DNA of 64,000 nt, taken from NCBI GenBank assembly GCA_964505005.1, contig CAZDFQ010000002.1, positions 92,310 through 156,309 of the forward strand, given 5' to 3'. Below are positions 26,774 through 37,118 of the stretch, one piece after another. The notes below the pieces were generated by a model, which had not been told where the DNA came from, did no database searches, and saw nothing but the letters and a program-made list of their open reading frames with translations. The DNA comes from an uncultured Candidatus Saccharibacteria bacterium. GTDB taxonomy: Bacteria > Patescibacteriota > Minisyncoccia > UBA6257 > 2-01-FULL-56-20. Each line of letters begins with the position of its first letter. Within the stretch, counting starts at the first letter, position 1. Position numbers and translations under genes: made by a program.

Positions 26774-27613
26774 ATGATTATTGGCCACCAAGAACTTATC
26801 GACGATTTCAAACGGCTCGCCAGCCAAAACGAGCTTTCTCATAGCTACTTATTTTACGGTTCGCCGCGGGTCGGCAAAAAACTTTTTGCGCTCTGTCTGG
26901 CGAATTTTCTGGAAACCGGAAATTTTTCCGACGAGCCAAGAGTATTGCAGGATGCCTTGCTTATATCGCCAAATGAAAGAGGGATTATCGGCATCGATGA
27001 AATCCGACGAATCAAGAATTTTCTTTCCCAAAAGCCAATCATCAGCCCGAAAAGGACTATGGTTGTCGATGAAGCCGAAAATATGACCGACGAGGCCCAA
27101 AATGCGCTTTTGAAAATTGCCGAAGAACCGCCAGCTTCATCGCTTTTAGTTATAATTAGCAGCGACTCAGAAAAGCTCTGGTTGACCTTGCGGTCTCGGC
27201 TCCAAAGAATATATTTCCCAGCGGTCCCCTTGGCGCTTGTCGAAAAATGGCTCAATCGGAATTTTAGTTTGGAAGAGGCCGAAGCTCATTCTTTAGCGCA
27301 TTTTTCGCGGGGGCAGCCGGGTTTGGCTTGGCGATTCCTTAAAGACGAAAAATTCCGGTCGCTCTATCAAATCGTTGGAACATTTCTGAAGTCGAATTTC
27401 TGGGCCAGACGCAATGTTATAAGAATGCTCTTGGAAGATGACAAGTTTAACATCAATGAATTTTTGGAAGTTCTTTCAATAGCGTTGGCTAACGGCAAAT
27501 TAACGCCTGATAAATTTAATCTTTGGCATGCTTTGCTCCGCTTGCGGTTACAAACTGACTACTTAAATCTTAACCCGCGGCTCCAACTGGAGAATTTAAT
27601 AACTAATAACTGA
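26774..27613 (+). CDS. holB: DNA polymerase III delta-prime subunit (AAA+ clamp-loader)
   Basis: HSYLFYGSPRVGKKLFALCLANFL (Walker A-like) and MVVDEAENMTDEAQNALLKIAEEPP. Confidence 0.7.
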   Translation: MIIGHQELIDDFKRLASQNELSHSYLFYGSPRVGKKLFALCLANFLETGNFSDEPRVLQDALLISPNERGIIGIDEIRRIKNFLSQKPIISPKRTMVVDEAENMTDEAQNALLKIAEEPPASSLLVIISSDSEKLWLTLRSRLQRIYFPAVPLALVEKWLNRNFSLEEAEAHSLAHFSRGQPGLAWRFLKDEKFRSLYQIVGTFLKSNFWARRNVIRMLLEDDKFNINEFLEVLSIALANGKLTPDKFNLWHALLRLRLQTDYLNLNPRLQLENLITNN

Positions 27614-28176
27614 TGACTATGAGTATTGACGCTATCATAAAAGAATTAGACATCTCATTAAATAATCTCTTCAAGCTCCTGAAAGACGAGTTGGCAGCAA
27701 TTAGAGGCAGTCGACCATCCGTCGCCTTGCTGGAAAATGTAAAAGTGAACTATTATGACCAAGTGGTTTCTCTCAAACAACTCGGTTCATTCGGCCTCAA
27801 GCCGCCCCGCGAAATTGAAATCCATGTTTGGGATAAAAACTCTGTCCAGCCGGTTATGAAAGCCGTTGAAGAAGCCAAAATCGGAATGACTATAACCAAT
27901 GATGGCAATGTCATCCGCGCCATCTTACCGGCACTTACCGAGGAACGCCGCCAGGAGTTAATCAAGCTTTCCAAAAAAACCACTGAAGAAATTCGCATCC
28001 AGCTCCGGGCCCATCGCGATGAAGCAGTCAAAAAACTGAAAACCTTAGAAGAAAAAAAAGAAATTACCCAAGATTATTTTTTTCAGGCCAAGGAAAAAAT
28101 CCAGAAAATAATCGATGAAACGAACAAAGGGATAGAGACCGCCCTTAATGATAAAATAAGGGAAATAGAAGGATAA
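27613..28176 (+). CDS. frr: Ribosome recycling factor
   Basis: Full-length RRF: KVNYYDQVVSLKQLGSFGL...RAILPALTEERRQELIKLSKKTTEEIRIQLR. Confidence 0.9.
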   Translation: MTMSIDAIIKELDISLNNLFKLLKDELAAIRGSRPSVALLENVKVNYYDQVVSLKQLGSFGLKPPREIEIHVWDKNSVQPVMKAVEEAKIGMTITNDGNVIRAILPALTEERRQELIKLSKKTTEEIRIQLRAHRDEAVKKLKTLEEKKEITQDYFFQAKEKIQKIIDETNKGIETALNDKIREIEG

Positions 28177-28180
28177 TGTT

Positions 28181-28297
28181 GAATCTCTAATTTCTAAATC
28201 CTAATTTCTAAACAATTTCAAATATCAAAATTCAAAATGGTTTGAGATTTGATATTTGGATTTGTTTAGGATTTAGAGATTAGGATTTAGGATTTTT
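28181..28297. repeat. AT-rich nested palindrome (taggattt/aaatccta family): outer arms aatctctaatttctaaatcctaatttctaaacaa / ttgtttaggatttagagattaggatttaggatt and an inner dyad caaatatcaaa/tttgatatttg
   Basis: Reverse complementarity of the arms seen directly. Related shorter copies at 32095-32160, 32525-32610 and 43715-43745. Confidence 0.55.
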
Positions 28298-28302
28298 AAA
28301 GT

Positions 28303-29358
28303 ATGGCTATCCTAACAATTATTCTCGTCATCATCGGACTTTCGCTTTTGATTTTGGGTCATGAAGCCGGGCATTTTCTCCTGGCCAGAATCTTTGGCTT
28401 GAAAGTCGATGAATTCGGTTTTGGTTTTCCGCCGCGAATCACGGCCAGAAAAAAGGGCGAGACCGAGTATAGTATCAATTGGCTGCCGTTCGGCGGCTTT
28501 GTAAAAATCGCCGGCGAAGAAGAAATTGCCAGCGGCGGACTGGAAGAACTGGAATCATTGCCTTTGGAAGAAAAAAGGCGTTATTTCTTTTTTCAGCCCA
28601 TTTGGAAACGATTTTCGGTTATTGCGAGCGGCGTCTTGGTTAATTTTCTCATCGGCTGGCTTTTGATTTCTTTCATATTTATGGTCGGCACCCCGCCTTT
28701 GTTGGTTGTCAGCAGCGTCCAAAAAAACTCGCCAGCTGAAAAAGCGGGGATAATGACCGGGGATGTGATAAAGAATTTCATTTTGGCAAGAGATTTCATT
28801 GATTTCGTTAATCAGCGCCGCGGCCAGCTCACCGCCATTGAAATCAGGCGAGGCAGCCAGGAATTGAGTTTTAAGGTAACGCCGCGGCTGAATACCGGGC
28901 CGACCGAGGGCCCGCTGGGCGTGTTTTTGGCCGAAGCCGGTGTGTCGCCTCGTGGTGTCTTCAGCGCCCTTCAAGAAGGGCTCAAACAGTCATTTTTTAT
29001 TGCCGGAATGACGGCGGTTGCCTTTTATAAGCTCCTCAAAAACTTGTTTCTTCATGGCTCGCTTTTGGAAGGAGTGGTTGGCCCGCTTGGAATTTTCGCG
29101 GTGGCCACCGAAACCGGCCGAGTCGGAACGCTTTATCTTCTTCAGCTTATCGGTGTTATTTCACTCAATCTGGCAGTTATTAATCTGATTCCTTTTCCAG
29201 CTTTGGATGGCGGCCGATTGTTTCTGCTCTTAGTCGAAAAAATCAAGGGTTCGCCGATTTCTTTAAAGTTTCAGATGTGGGTCAATCGTTTTGGGTTCAT
29301 CTTACTTATTCTTTTAATGGTCTTAATTACCATCCGCGACATCAGCCAGTGGTTCTAA
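28303..29358 (+). CDS. rseP: RIP zinc metalloprotease RseP (site-2 protease, M50) with PDZ domain
   Basis: HEAGHFLLAR (HExxH) and the C-terminal NLIPFPALDGGRLF (LDG motif). Confidence 0.85.
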   Translation: MAILTIILVIIGLSLLILGHEAGHFLLARIFGLKVDEFGFGFPPRITARKKGETEYSINWLPFGGFVKIAGEEEIASGGLEELESLPLEEKRRYFFFQPIWKRFSVIASGVLVNFLIGWLLISFIFMVGTPPLLVVSSVQKNSPAEKAGIMTGDVIKNFILARDFIDFVNQRRGQLTAIEIRRGSQELSFKVTPRLNTGPTEGPLGVFLAEAGVSPRGVFSALQEGLKQSFFIAGMTAVAFYKLLKNLFLHGSLLEGVVGPLGIFAVATETGRVGTLYLLQLIGVISLNLAVINLIPFPALDGGRLFLLLVEKIKGSPISLKFQMWVNRFGFILLILLMVLITIRDISQWF

Positions 29359-29477
29359 AGATATAATATGAATACTACGAATCTTTTTATGAATACTACG
29401 AATCTTTTAACGAATGATACTAATTAAACTTATTTGTAGCATTCGTATGTCATTCGCAGCATTCGCATTATGTTTTT

Positions 29478-30230
29478 ATGATTGAAGAGCCGAGAATTAT
29501 TTATGAAGACAAGAATTTCGTGGCCGCGGCCAAGCCGGCTGGCCTGCTTACCCACCCGCTAAAAGATAAAAACTATAAGCTAAAAGCCGAGGAGTACACC
29601 TTGACCGATTGGCTTGTTCGAAAATATCCGGAGATGAAGACCGTCGGCGATGCTCCGGAAACCTGCCCGACTTCGCATGGACGAAGTCCAGGCGGGCGGG
29701 TCCGCCCCGGCATTGTTCACCGCTTGGATAAAGATACTTCAGGTATTTTACTGGCCGCGAGAAACCAAAAATATTTTAAATATCTGAAGTCGCTTTTTAA
29801 GAATCGCCAGATTAAAAAAACTTATCTGGCGGTTGTTTTCGGCCGATTAAGAGATAAAGAGGGAACAATCGCCAAAGCAGTTAAAATCAAGAAAGGCACC
29901 GTCAAAAGAACGGTTTTCAGGGGCAAAATGGCCAAAGAAGCCCTGACGCATTACCGAGTGAAAAAGGTTTTCAAGATAGGAGGCGAAGAATTTTCTTTTT
30001 TGGAAATCGTTCCGGAAACCGGCCGGACGCATCAAATAAGAGTCCATCTTGCTTCAATCGGGCACCCGATTGTGGGCGACCGAATTTACGGCTTCAAAAA
30101 AACAGCCGCTACCCGATACCCGCTACCCGATACCCGATTGATGCTCCACGCCTATTCGCTGGAATTTTCCACCGAAGAGGGAAAGAGGATTAAACTGGAA
30201 GCCGAACCGCCTGACACAATGATGATATAA
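29478..30230 (+). CDS. RluA-family pseudouridine synthase, with a short tandem-repeat-encoded insertion
   Basis: GIVHRLDKDTSGILLAAR (the HRLD catalytic motif). Confidence 0.8.
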   Translation: MIEEPRIIYEDKNFVAAAKPAGLLTHPLKDKNYKLKAEEYTLTDWLVRKYPEMKTVGDAPETCPTSHGRSPGGRVRPGIVHRLDKDTSGILLAARNQKYFKYLKSLFKNRQIKKTYLAVVFGRLRDKEGTIAKAVKIKKGTVKRTVFRGKMAKEALTHYRVKKVFKIGGEEFSFLEIVPETGRTHQIRVHLASIGHPIVGDRIYGFKKTAATRYPLPDTRLMLHAYSLEFSTEEGKRIKLEAEPPDTMMI

Positions 30231-30293
30231 TGCGGATTGTGCGGATAGTGATGCGGATGATGCTGAAATATTATATTTTAGTGAATACTGATT

Positions 30294-30686
30294 ATGACAA
30301 AACATAAACTTATTTATTCTGAACTCACCTATAAAATCAACGGTATTCTATTTCGCGTTGCCAAAAAATTAGGCAGATATAGAAACGAAAAACAATATGG
30401 CGATGCAATAGAAGAAAGTCTCAAAGAAGAAAGAATCAGCTATGAGCGAGAAAAGTTTTTACCCGAGTCTTTTGCCGGCGAAGTTAAACATAGAAATAAA
30501 GTAGATTTTCTTATAGAAGACAGGGTTATCTTGGAAGTGAAAGCCAAACCGTTTATTACCAAAAGTGATTATTATCAGACAATGAGATACTTAAAATCTT
30601 TGAATAAAAAACTGGCAATCCTGGTTAATATGCGGCGCTATGTTATAGCACCTAAACGCATATTAAATAAGGATGCTAATGAGTGA
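30294..30686 (+). CDS. GxxExxY family protein
   Basis: YKINGILFRVAKKLGRYRNEKQYGDAIEESLKE...VDFLIEDRVILEVKAK; the GxxExxY-type (TIGR04256-like) architecture. Confidence 0.65.
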   Translation: MTKHKLIYSELTYKINGILFRVAKKLGRYRNEKQYGDAIEESLKEERISYEREKFLPESFAGEVKHRNKVDFLIEDRVILEVKAKPFITKSDYYQTMRYLKSLNKKLAILVNMRRYVIAPKRILNKDANE

Positions 30687-30891
30687 TAAATATAATATCG
30701 CCGGTAATAGGACTAGAGAATACCTTTCCGCATAATCCGCAAGTTATTTCGCGCCATCCGCATTATGTCGAAGTTATCCACAGCCCCCTATTTACCCCCC
30801 CCGCATTTGCTATTATTTATATTAAGCGGTGCTATTTAATACTTCCATTTTATTTAAGGTCGAAATTTAAAGGCAAAACAGACATTTTATT

Positions 30892-31482
30892 ATGCCTCAG
30901 GAACCAAAGGGCTTTACCCTTATTGAGCTTTTAATCGTGGTCGCCATTATCGCCATTTTGGCCGTGGTCGTGATTCTAACCTTGAACCCGGCGCAGCTGC
31001 TCGCTCAGGCCCGGGATGCCCAGAGAATATCTGATATGTCCACCTTAAAAAGCGCCATCTCCTTCTACTTAGCTGATGTGAGTTCGCCGGGCGGCAATGG
31101 TTCGAGCTGGACATCCAGCAAATGTTATAGTTCCAATAGCACCTCAACGCCATCAACTGCGGGCTGCGGAGGCCGAATGGCTGGCACTGACACTACCACC
31201 ACCAGCACCACGCCGACAAAAACCGACGGCACTGGCTGGATACCCATAAATTTCGGCGCCATCAGTTCTGGCTCGCCGTTGGGCACCGAACCGGTTGACC
31301 CCATTAACAACGCCACCTATTTTTACAGCTTTGCCACCAATGGTTCGTCCAACTGGCAGTTTGAGATTGACGCGGCTATGGAAAGTTCCAAGTACGGAGC
31401 CAGCGGCTCCAGCGATGTGGTGACCACTGATGGCGGCAACAGCAGTAGTACTTATGAAGTGGGGACTAAATTGGATTTGTAA
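30892..31482 (+). CDS. Type IV pilin (major pilin candidate) with class III signal peptide and Thr/Ser-rich C-terminal region
   Basis: MPQEPKG|FTLIELLIVVAIIAILAVVVIL: a G-F cleavage site with E at +5. C-terminal TTTTSTTPTKTDGTG. Confidence 0.8.
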   Translation: MPQEPKGFTLIELLIVVAIIAILAVVVILTLNPAQLLAQARDAQRISDMSTLKSAISFYLADVSSPGGNGSSWTSSKCYSSNSTSTPSTAGCGGRMAGTDTTTTSTTPTKTDGTGWIPINFGAISSGSPLGTEPVDPINNATYFYSFATNGSSNWQFEIDAAMESSKYGASGSSDVVTTDGGNSSSTYEVGTKLDL

Positions 31483-31510
31483 ATAAGCATCTTTTTACTA
31501 TTATCTTAGG

Positions 31511-32089
31511 ATGGCCGGGCTCTCTTTGACCGACAGATTCGGCGTGGTAATTTTGATTTTGGCGGAAGTCGCTCTTATCTTTCGGCGCCCGGTGCTCATC
31601 GGTTATCTTAAATCAGTTTGGTTGTTCAGCTTAATCGCTGTTTTCGGCTCTTCTTTTTACCTGGCTTGGCTCCAGTATCAGGCCTGGGCCAGCAGCGGCT
31701 CTTTCGGGAAATTTCTTCTGCCGCCCTATCAGAAGATTTATTTTTTTTATTATGTGGGCTGGCGGATTTTTACTCCTTGGTTAGTCGCTCTGGCCGCGGC
31801 TATTATCATCAGCCAGTTGGCTGGTTTTTTAAATAAACGATTTGGCGAAAAATTTTTAGAGCCGGAGGAAATTAAGCTATTAGCTCTTGGTATTTTTTTG
31901 ACCGGCTGGCCCGGTCTTCTCTTTTTTATTGCCGTCGCGTTATTCAGCGGTTTACTGTGGTCAGTCACTTATCATTTTCTGGGCAAAGGCCGGGCGCCGC
32001 TTTTTTATTTATGGCTGCCGGCGGCAATTTTTGCTATACTGATAGAAAGCATGTTGCCATCGGAGATATTAAATGTATTTATCCTTTAA
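31511..32089 (+). CDS. Polytopic membrane protein with a divergent prepilin-peptidase-like motif
   Basis: PEEIKLLALGIFLTGW aligns to the A24 peptidase GGDVKLLAALGAWLGW block, but with Glu where the catalytic Asp is expected. Only 192 aa and no N-terminal Cys cluster. Confidence 0.35.
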   Translation: MAGLSLTDRFGVVILILAEVALIFRRPVLIGYLKSVWLFSLIAVFGSSFYLAWLQYQAWASSGSFGKFLLPPYQKIYFFYYVGWRIFTPWLVALAAAIIISQLAGFLNKRFGEKFLEPEEIKLLALGIFLTGWPGLLFFIAVALFSGLLWSVTYHFLGKGRAPLFYLWLPAAIFAILIESMLPSEILNVFIL

Positions 32090-32160
32090 TTCGTTGCCGT
32101 TCTTATTCAATTTTCTTTTAAAATCCTAAATTCTAAATCCTAAACTCTAAATAAATTCCA

Positions 32161-32523
32161 ATGGCCGAAATTCAAAATTCTAAACAATACGACTTAGAAA
32201 AACGGACCTTAGAATTTGCAAGAAATGTAAGATTGTTTATTAAAAAATTACCGCGGACGTTATCAAATACAAAAGACACAAAACAAGCCATCAGGTCATC
32301 CGGTTCCATCGGCGCAAATTATATTGAAGCCAACGAATCTTTAAGCAAAAAAGATTTCTCTATGAGAATTAAGATTTGTCGTAAAGAGGCAAAAGAGACA
32401 GAATACTGGTTGCAGCTTTTGGATACCGGAGGAGAAGTCGGATTAGAAAACGAAAAGGAGAATCTTATAAAAGAGGCTATTGAACTAAGAAAGATTTTCG
32501 GCTCTATCTTGAAAAAATCATAA
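32161..32523 (+). CDS. Four-helix-bundle protein (23S rRNA intervening-sequence protein family)
   Basis: LEFARNVRLFIKKLP...SIGANYIEANESLSKKDF...EYWLQLL matches TIGR02436. It is flanked by AT-rich inverted repeats. Confidence 0.75.
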   Translation: MAEIQNSKQYDLEKRTLEFARNVRLFIKKLPRTLSNTKDTKQAIRSSGSIGANYIEANESLSKKDFSMRIKICRKEAKETEYWLQLLDTGGEVGLENEKENLIKEAIELRKIFGSILKKS

Positions 32524-32608
32524 TAGGTTTGCTAAAAGTTTTGGTCATTTGAATTTAGGATTTTGAATTTATTTAGGATTTAGATATTAGGATTTAGGAT
32601 TTATTTTT

Positions 32609-34321
32609 ATGCGCCTCCCCGTACCTATCCCCCAGCTTAAAGACAAATTGCTTCAGGAGAATCTTATTTCTCCAGAACGTTTCGACGCCCTGCTCGCCGA
32701 AGTTGAAAGGAAGAAAGAAAACATTCTCGATGTTTTGGTTTCAGAAAACATCGTTGAAAGAAATTACATAAATGAATTCGTCGCTTCCGCGCTGGGAGTT
32801 GAGCTGGCTAATTTGTCAGCAAAAAAAATTGATGAAAATGTCGTCAAGCTGTTGCCCGAAGACCTGGCCCGGCAACGCCGCGTTATTTTATTCGGCAAAG
32901 AGCCGGATGGCGCGCTTGAGGTGGCGATGGCTGAGCCGAGCGACCTTGAAACCATTGAATTTTTGGAAGAACGCCTGAAAGCAAAAGTTAAACCGTATTT
33001 AGCAACCCCAGAAGATTTAAACCGCAGCTTTTCGATTTACGGCTTGGAATTAACTCAAAATTTCAAAAAAATTATTGAAGAGAATATCCAGGAATCGCTC
33101 CGCAGCCGCACTAAGACCATTGAAGAAGCGGCGGCCCAGTTGCCGATTGTTGCTATCGTTGACAATCTTTTATCTTACGCTACTTCCTTGCGCGCTTCTG
33201 ACATTCATCTGGAAATTTTGGAAGAAGATACGCTCGTCAGATACCGCATTGATGGCATCCTTTATGAGATTTTAAGAATTCCCAAAGAAGTTCATCCGGC
33301 TTTGGTAGCGCGGATTAAAATTTTAAGCGGTCTTAAAATCGACGAACATTATAAACCTCAGGACGGTCGATTCCGTCACAGTGTTGCTAATCAGGTTGTC
33401 GATGTCCGGGTCTCGGTGATGCCGACTTTTTACGGCGAGAAAATAGAGATGCGGCTGCTGGAATCAACCGAGAGACCTTTGTCGCTTGAAGAATTGGGGA
33501 TGCTTGAGGAAGTTGAAAAAATTGTTTCGGAAAATTTGAAAAAGGCCTATGGGATGATTTTAGTTTGCGGGCCGACCGGTTCCGGAAAGACAACGACTCT
33601 TTACGCTATGATGAATATTTTGAATAAACCGACGGTGAACATCGTGACCATCGAAGACCCGATTGAGTACAACATCCGCTATGTCAATCAGACGCAGATT
33701 AATCCGGCGGCCGGCATTACTTTTGCTTCGGGGTTGCGCTCTATTTTACGACAAGACCCCAATATAATTATGGTCGGTGAAGTCAGGGACAGCGAGACGG
33801 CCGGCATAGCGGTGCAGTCGGCACTGACCGGGCACCTGATTCTTTCTTCGCTCCATACTAATGACGCGCCAACGGCCGTACCTCGGCTTTTTGACTTGGA
33901 GGTGCCGCCGTTTTTGGTGGCGGCCACTCTTAACTTAGTGGTGGCTCAGCGTTTGGTCAGAAAAATCTGCACTCAATGCATTTACTCATACAAGATAACG
34001 CCGGCCATCAAAGAGTCAGTCGAAGAACAGCTTGGAGTTTTAGGCATAAAAGGCGGAGAAACCATCCCCACCATTCTTTTTAAAGGTAAAGGATGTCCGG
34101 CTTGCAATTTTGCCGGCTATCGGGGCCGACTCGGCATCTTCGAAATTTTAGAGATTAATGAATCAATCAAAAAAACGATAATTGACCCGCGCTTTAGCTT
34201 AGAAACCGTCCGCCAGGCCGTCAGAGAAAACAGCTTCAAAACGATGTTCGAAGACGGTTTATTGAAGGTTCAACTGGGATTGACTACAATTGAAGAAGTA
34301 CTGAGAGTGATAAGAGAATAA
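32609..34321 (+). CDS. pilB: Type IV pilus assembly ATPase PilB (GspE family)
   Basis: N-terminal T2SSE_N domain. LVCGPTGSGKTTTLYAMM Walker A; Asp/His boxes; C-terminal tetracysteine CPACNFAGYRGRLG. Confidence 0.9.
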   Translation: MRLPVPIPQLKDKLLQENLISPERFDALLAEVERKKENILDVLVSENIVERNYINEFVASALGVELANLSAKKIDENVVKLLPEDLARQRRVILFGKEPDGALEVAMAEPSDLETIEFLEERLKAKVKPYLATPEDLNRSFSIYGLELTQNFKKIIEENIQESLRSRTKTIEEAAAQLPIVAIVDNLLSYATSLRASDIHLEILEEDTLVRYRIDGILYEILRIPKEVHPALVARIKILSGLKIDEHYKPQDGRFRHSVANQVVDVRVSVMPTFYGEKIEMRLLESTERPLSLEELGMLEEVEKIVSENLKKAYGMILVCGPTGSGKTTTLYAMMNILNKPTVNIVTIEDPIEYNIRYVNQTQINPAAGITFASGLRSILRQDPNIIMVGEVRDSETAGIAVQSALTGHLILSSLHTNDAPTAVPRLFDLEVPPFLVAATLNLVVAQRLVRKICTQCIYSYKITPAIKESVEEQLGVLGIKGGETIPTILFKGKGCPACNFAGYRGRLGIFEILEINESIKKTIIDPRFSLETVRQAVRENSFKTMFEDGLLKVQLGLTTIEEVLRVIRE

Positions 34322-34435
34322 AAATCCAAATGTCAAAATCCAAATTCCAAATCAAATCCAAAATCCCAATGGCAAAAATTTGGATTTTGAACTTCGAGCT
34401 TGATTTGACATTTGAGTTTTAGATTTAGGATTTTA
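34322..34435. repeat. AT-rich nested-palindrome MITE-like element, copy 2
   Basis: See 26643-26757. Confidence 0.6.
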
Positions 34436-34443
34436 ATATATTC

Positions 34444-35649
34444 ATGCTTTATCGCTACACCGCTTCGGATAAAACAGGCAAAATCGTCGAAGATGAATTG
34501 GAAGCCGATGATTTAAACCAGGCGCTTCACTACCTGGCCTCCAGAGAGCTTCGGCCGATTTCCGTCAAGCCGTTGCGCACTGAACGCGCCGGCTTATTAG
34601 GAGCGTTCCGCGGCATCACCACCGCTGATAAAATTTTCCTGACGAAATATTTAGCTTTGATGCTTAAAGTCGGAACCGACCTTCTTTCCGCCATTAATAT
34701 TTTAATCGCCGATTTCGACAAACCCGCAATGAGGAATTTTCTTCTTGAAATTCGGGAGAATCTCAGCCGGGGGAGACCGTTCTATCAGGCCTTTGCCGAA
34801 CATCCCAAAGATTTTTCCGTTGTTTTTATAAATCTTATCAAAGCTTCTGAAGTTTCCGGCAATCTCCAGCAGACCTTTGAAAGCTTGAGTGTTTCTTTGC
34901 AGCGGGAAGCCGAGCTCAGGTCGAACATCCGTTCGGCCTTCGTCTATCCGATTATTCTTTCGATTATGGCCATTGTCATCATCGCTTTTCTAGTTACTTT
35001 CGCTCTGCCGAGAATTGCCACCGCTTTTTCTCAAACCGGAATAAGACCGCCATTTTTTTCAAGAATCGTTTTTGGCGTCGGTCTTTTCATTGGTCAGAAT
35101 ATTTATCTTCTGACAATTATTTTTTTGGCAATTGTCATTCCGGCTGTTTATTTCTTTTGGCAAAATCCAGTAGGCCGAAAAATCATGAGTCAATTATTGA
35201 TGCGCTTACCGGTTATCAGAGGGATTTACCGGGACCTGGCCATTCAAAGATTCGCTTCAACTTTCAGCGCCTTGATGGAAGCCGGTCTGCCGATAATTCA
35301 GGCGACTACTGTTACGGCCGAAGTCGTTGGTCATGAAGATTTCCGATTCAGCTTGATGAGAATCGCCGACGAAGGACTGACCAAGGGACTGACCATTGGA
35401 GAGGCGTTCCGGCGCGAAGAAGTCTTTCCTAAAGTTGTTACCAACCTCGTTGCTATTTCGGAGAAGGCGGGTCACCTTGGAGAAGTCCTGAAGACCTTGG
35501 CTGATTTTTATCAATCGAATGTCGAAGCCGGCATCCGCACGCTGGTTTCTTTTCTTGAACCGGCCCTGCTCCTCATTATGGGACTATTGGTGGCCACCAT
35601 TGCTTTGGCTATTATCGTGCCAATTTATCAGTTAACCGCCCAATTCTAA
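34444..35649 (+). CDS. pilC: Type IV pilus platform protein PilC (GspF family)
   Basis: Two T2SSF repeats: LSRGRPFYQAFAEHPKDFSVVFINLIKASEVSGNL and the second GxxL repeat. Confidence 0.9.
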   Translation: MLYRYTASDKTGKIVEDELEADDLNQALHYLASRELRPISVKPLRTERAGLLGAFRGITTADKIFLTKYLALMLKVGTDLLSAINILIADFDKPAMRNFLLEIRENLSRGRPFYQAFAEHPKDFSVVFINLIKASEVSGNLQQTFESLSVSLQREAELRSNIRSAFVYPIILSIMAIVIIAFLVTFALPRIATAFSQTGIRPPFFSRIVFGVGLFIGQNIYLLTIIFLAIVIPAVYFFWQNPVGRKIMSQLLMRLPVIRGIYRDLAIQRFASTFSALMEAGLPIIQATTVTAEVVGHEDFRFSLMRIADEGLTKGLTIGEAFRREEVFPKVVTNLVAISEKAGHLGEVLKTLADFYQSNVEAGIRTLVSFLEPALLLIMGLLVATIALAIIVPIYQLTAQF

Positions 35650-35698
35650 GACCTATAGGGCCATAAGTCCTATAGGTCCTATAAGTCCTATATGTTTA

Positions 35699-36166
35699 AT
35701 GTTTAATAAAGGCACAACTTTAGTCGAGCTTATCATCGTCGTTGCCTTAATCAGCATTCTCGCGGTTTTCTCTTTTTTTACTCTTCTGCAGAGAAAAGGT
35801 CAGAATGATTTTGATAATGCGGGCCAGAGTATGGCGGCAATGCTTCGCGAAGCGAGAAGCCGCTCGGTCAGCCAAAGCTCGAGCACCAGCTGGGGCGTCC
35901 ATTTCGAAAATAGTACAACCACAACTCCTTTCTACGCTCTTTTCCCCGGAAGCTATGCGACCGCCACTATCATCGGTTATTATCGTCTGCCGACAACCGT
36001 CGGCTATGTTACTTCAAGCCTTGCTTCAGGCGCCTCTAAAGAAATAACTTTTTCTCAGATAACCGGCTTGGCCTCTCAATCAACCTCGATTGCCATTTAC
36101 AGCTTAAGCAATTCGGCAAATTCTTCGACTATCAATGTGGCTTCTTCAGGCGCCGTCAGCTACTAA
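35699..36166 (+). CDS. Pilin-like protein with prepilin N-terminal cleavage/methylation domain
   Basis: MFNKG|TTLVELIIVVALISILAVF, with E at +5. Confidence 0.7.
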   Translation: MFNKGTTLVELIIVVALISILAVFSFFTLLQRKGQNDFDNAGQSMAAMLREARSRSVSQSSSTSWGVHFENSTTTTPFYALFPGSYATATIIGYYRLPTTVGYVTSSLASGASKEITFSQITGLASQSTSIAIYSLSNSANSSTINVASSGAVSY

Positions 36167-36336
36167 CCGAAGAATCTAGAATCTAGAATTTAGAAAATAT
36201 GAAACTTCGTTTCATCAATTGGTTCGCTCGGCGAAAATAAATGTATAATTCATTTACTTTCTCCTCGCTGCCAATTGTAGAATCTAGAATTTGAAAATTG
36301 GTAAAATATGTAAGACGGTAGCAGTGGCGATAAAAA

Positions 36337-36984
<648 letters not shown>

Positions 36985-37118
36985 ATGATTCGTATTTAAA
37001 GACCACATAATCCGAATATACGAATGCACCCGAATAACCCGAATTATAATCGCTTTATTCGGAACATTCGGATATATTCGGGTATTCGGATTATGCGATA
37101 CATCCTAATTTAACATAA

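Noticed and set aside
28181-28297. CRISPR array suspicion for the taggattt / tagaatc / aaatccaaa tandem motifs (also 32525-32610, 36165-36300, 37990-38035)
   Set aside because: Repeat units are only 7-9 nt. There are no unique spacers of ~30 nt and no cas genes. The structure is a nested palindrome or microsatellite, not repeat-spacer.
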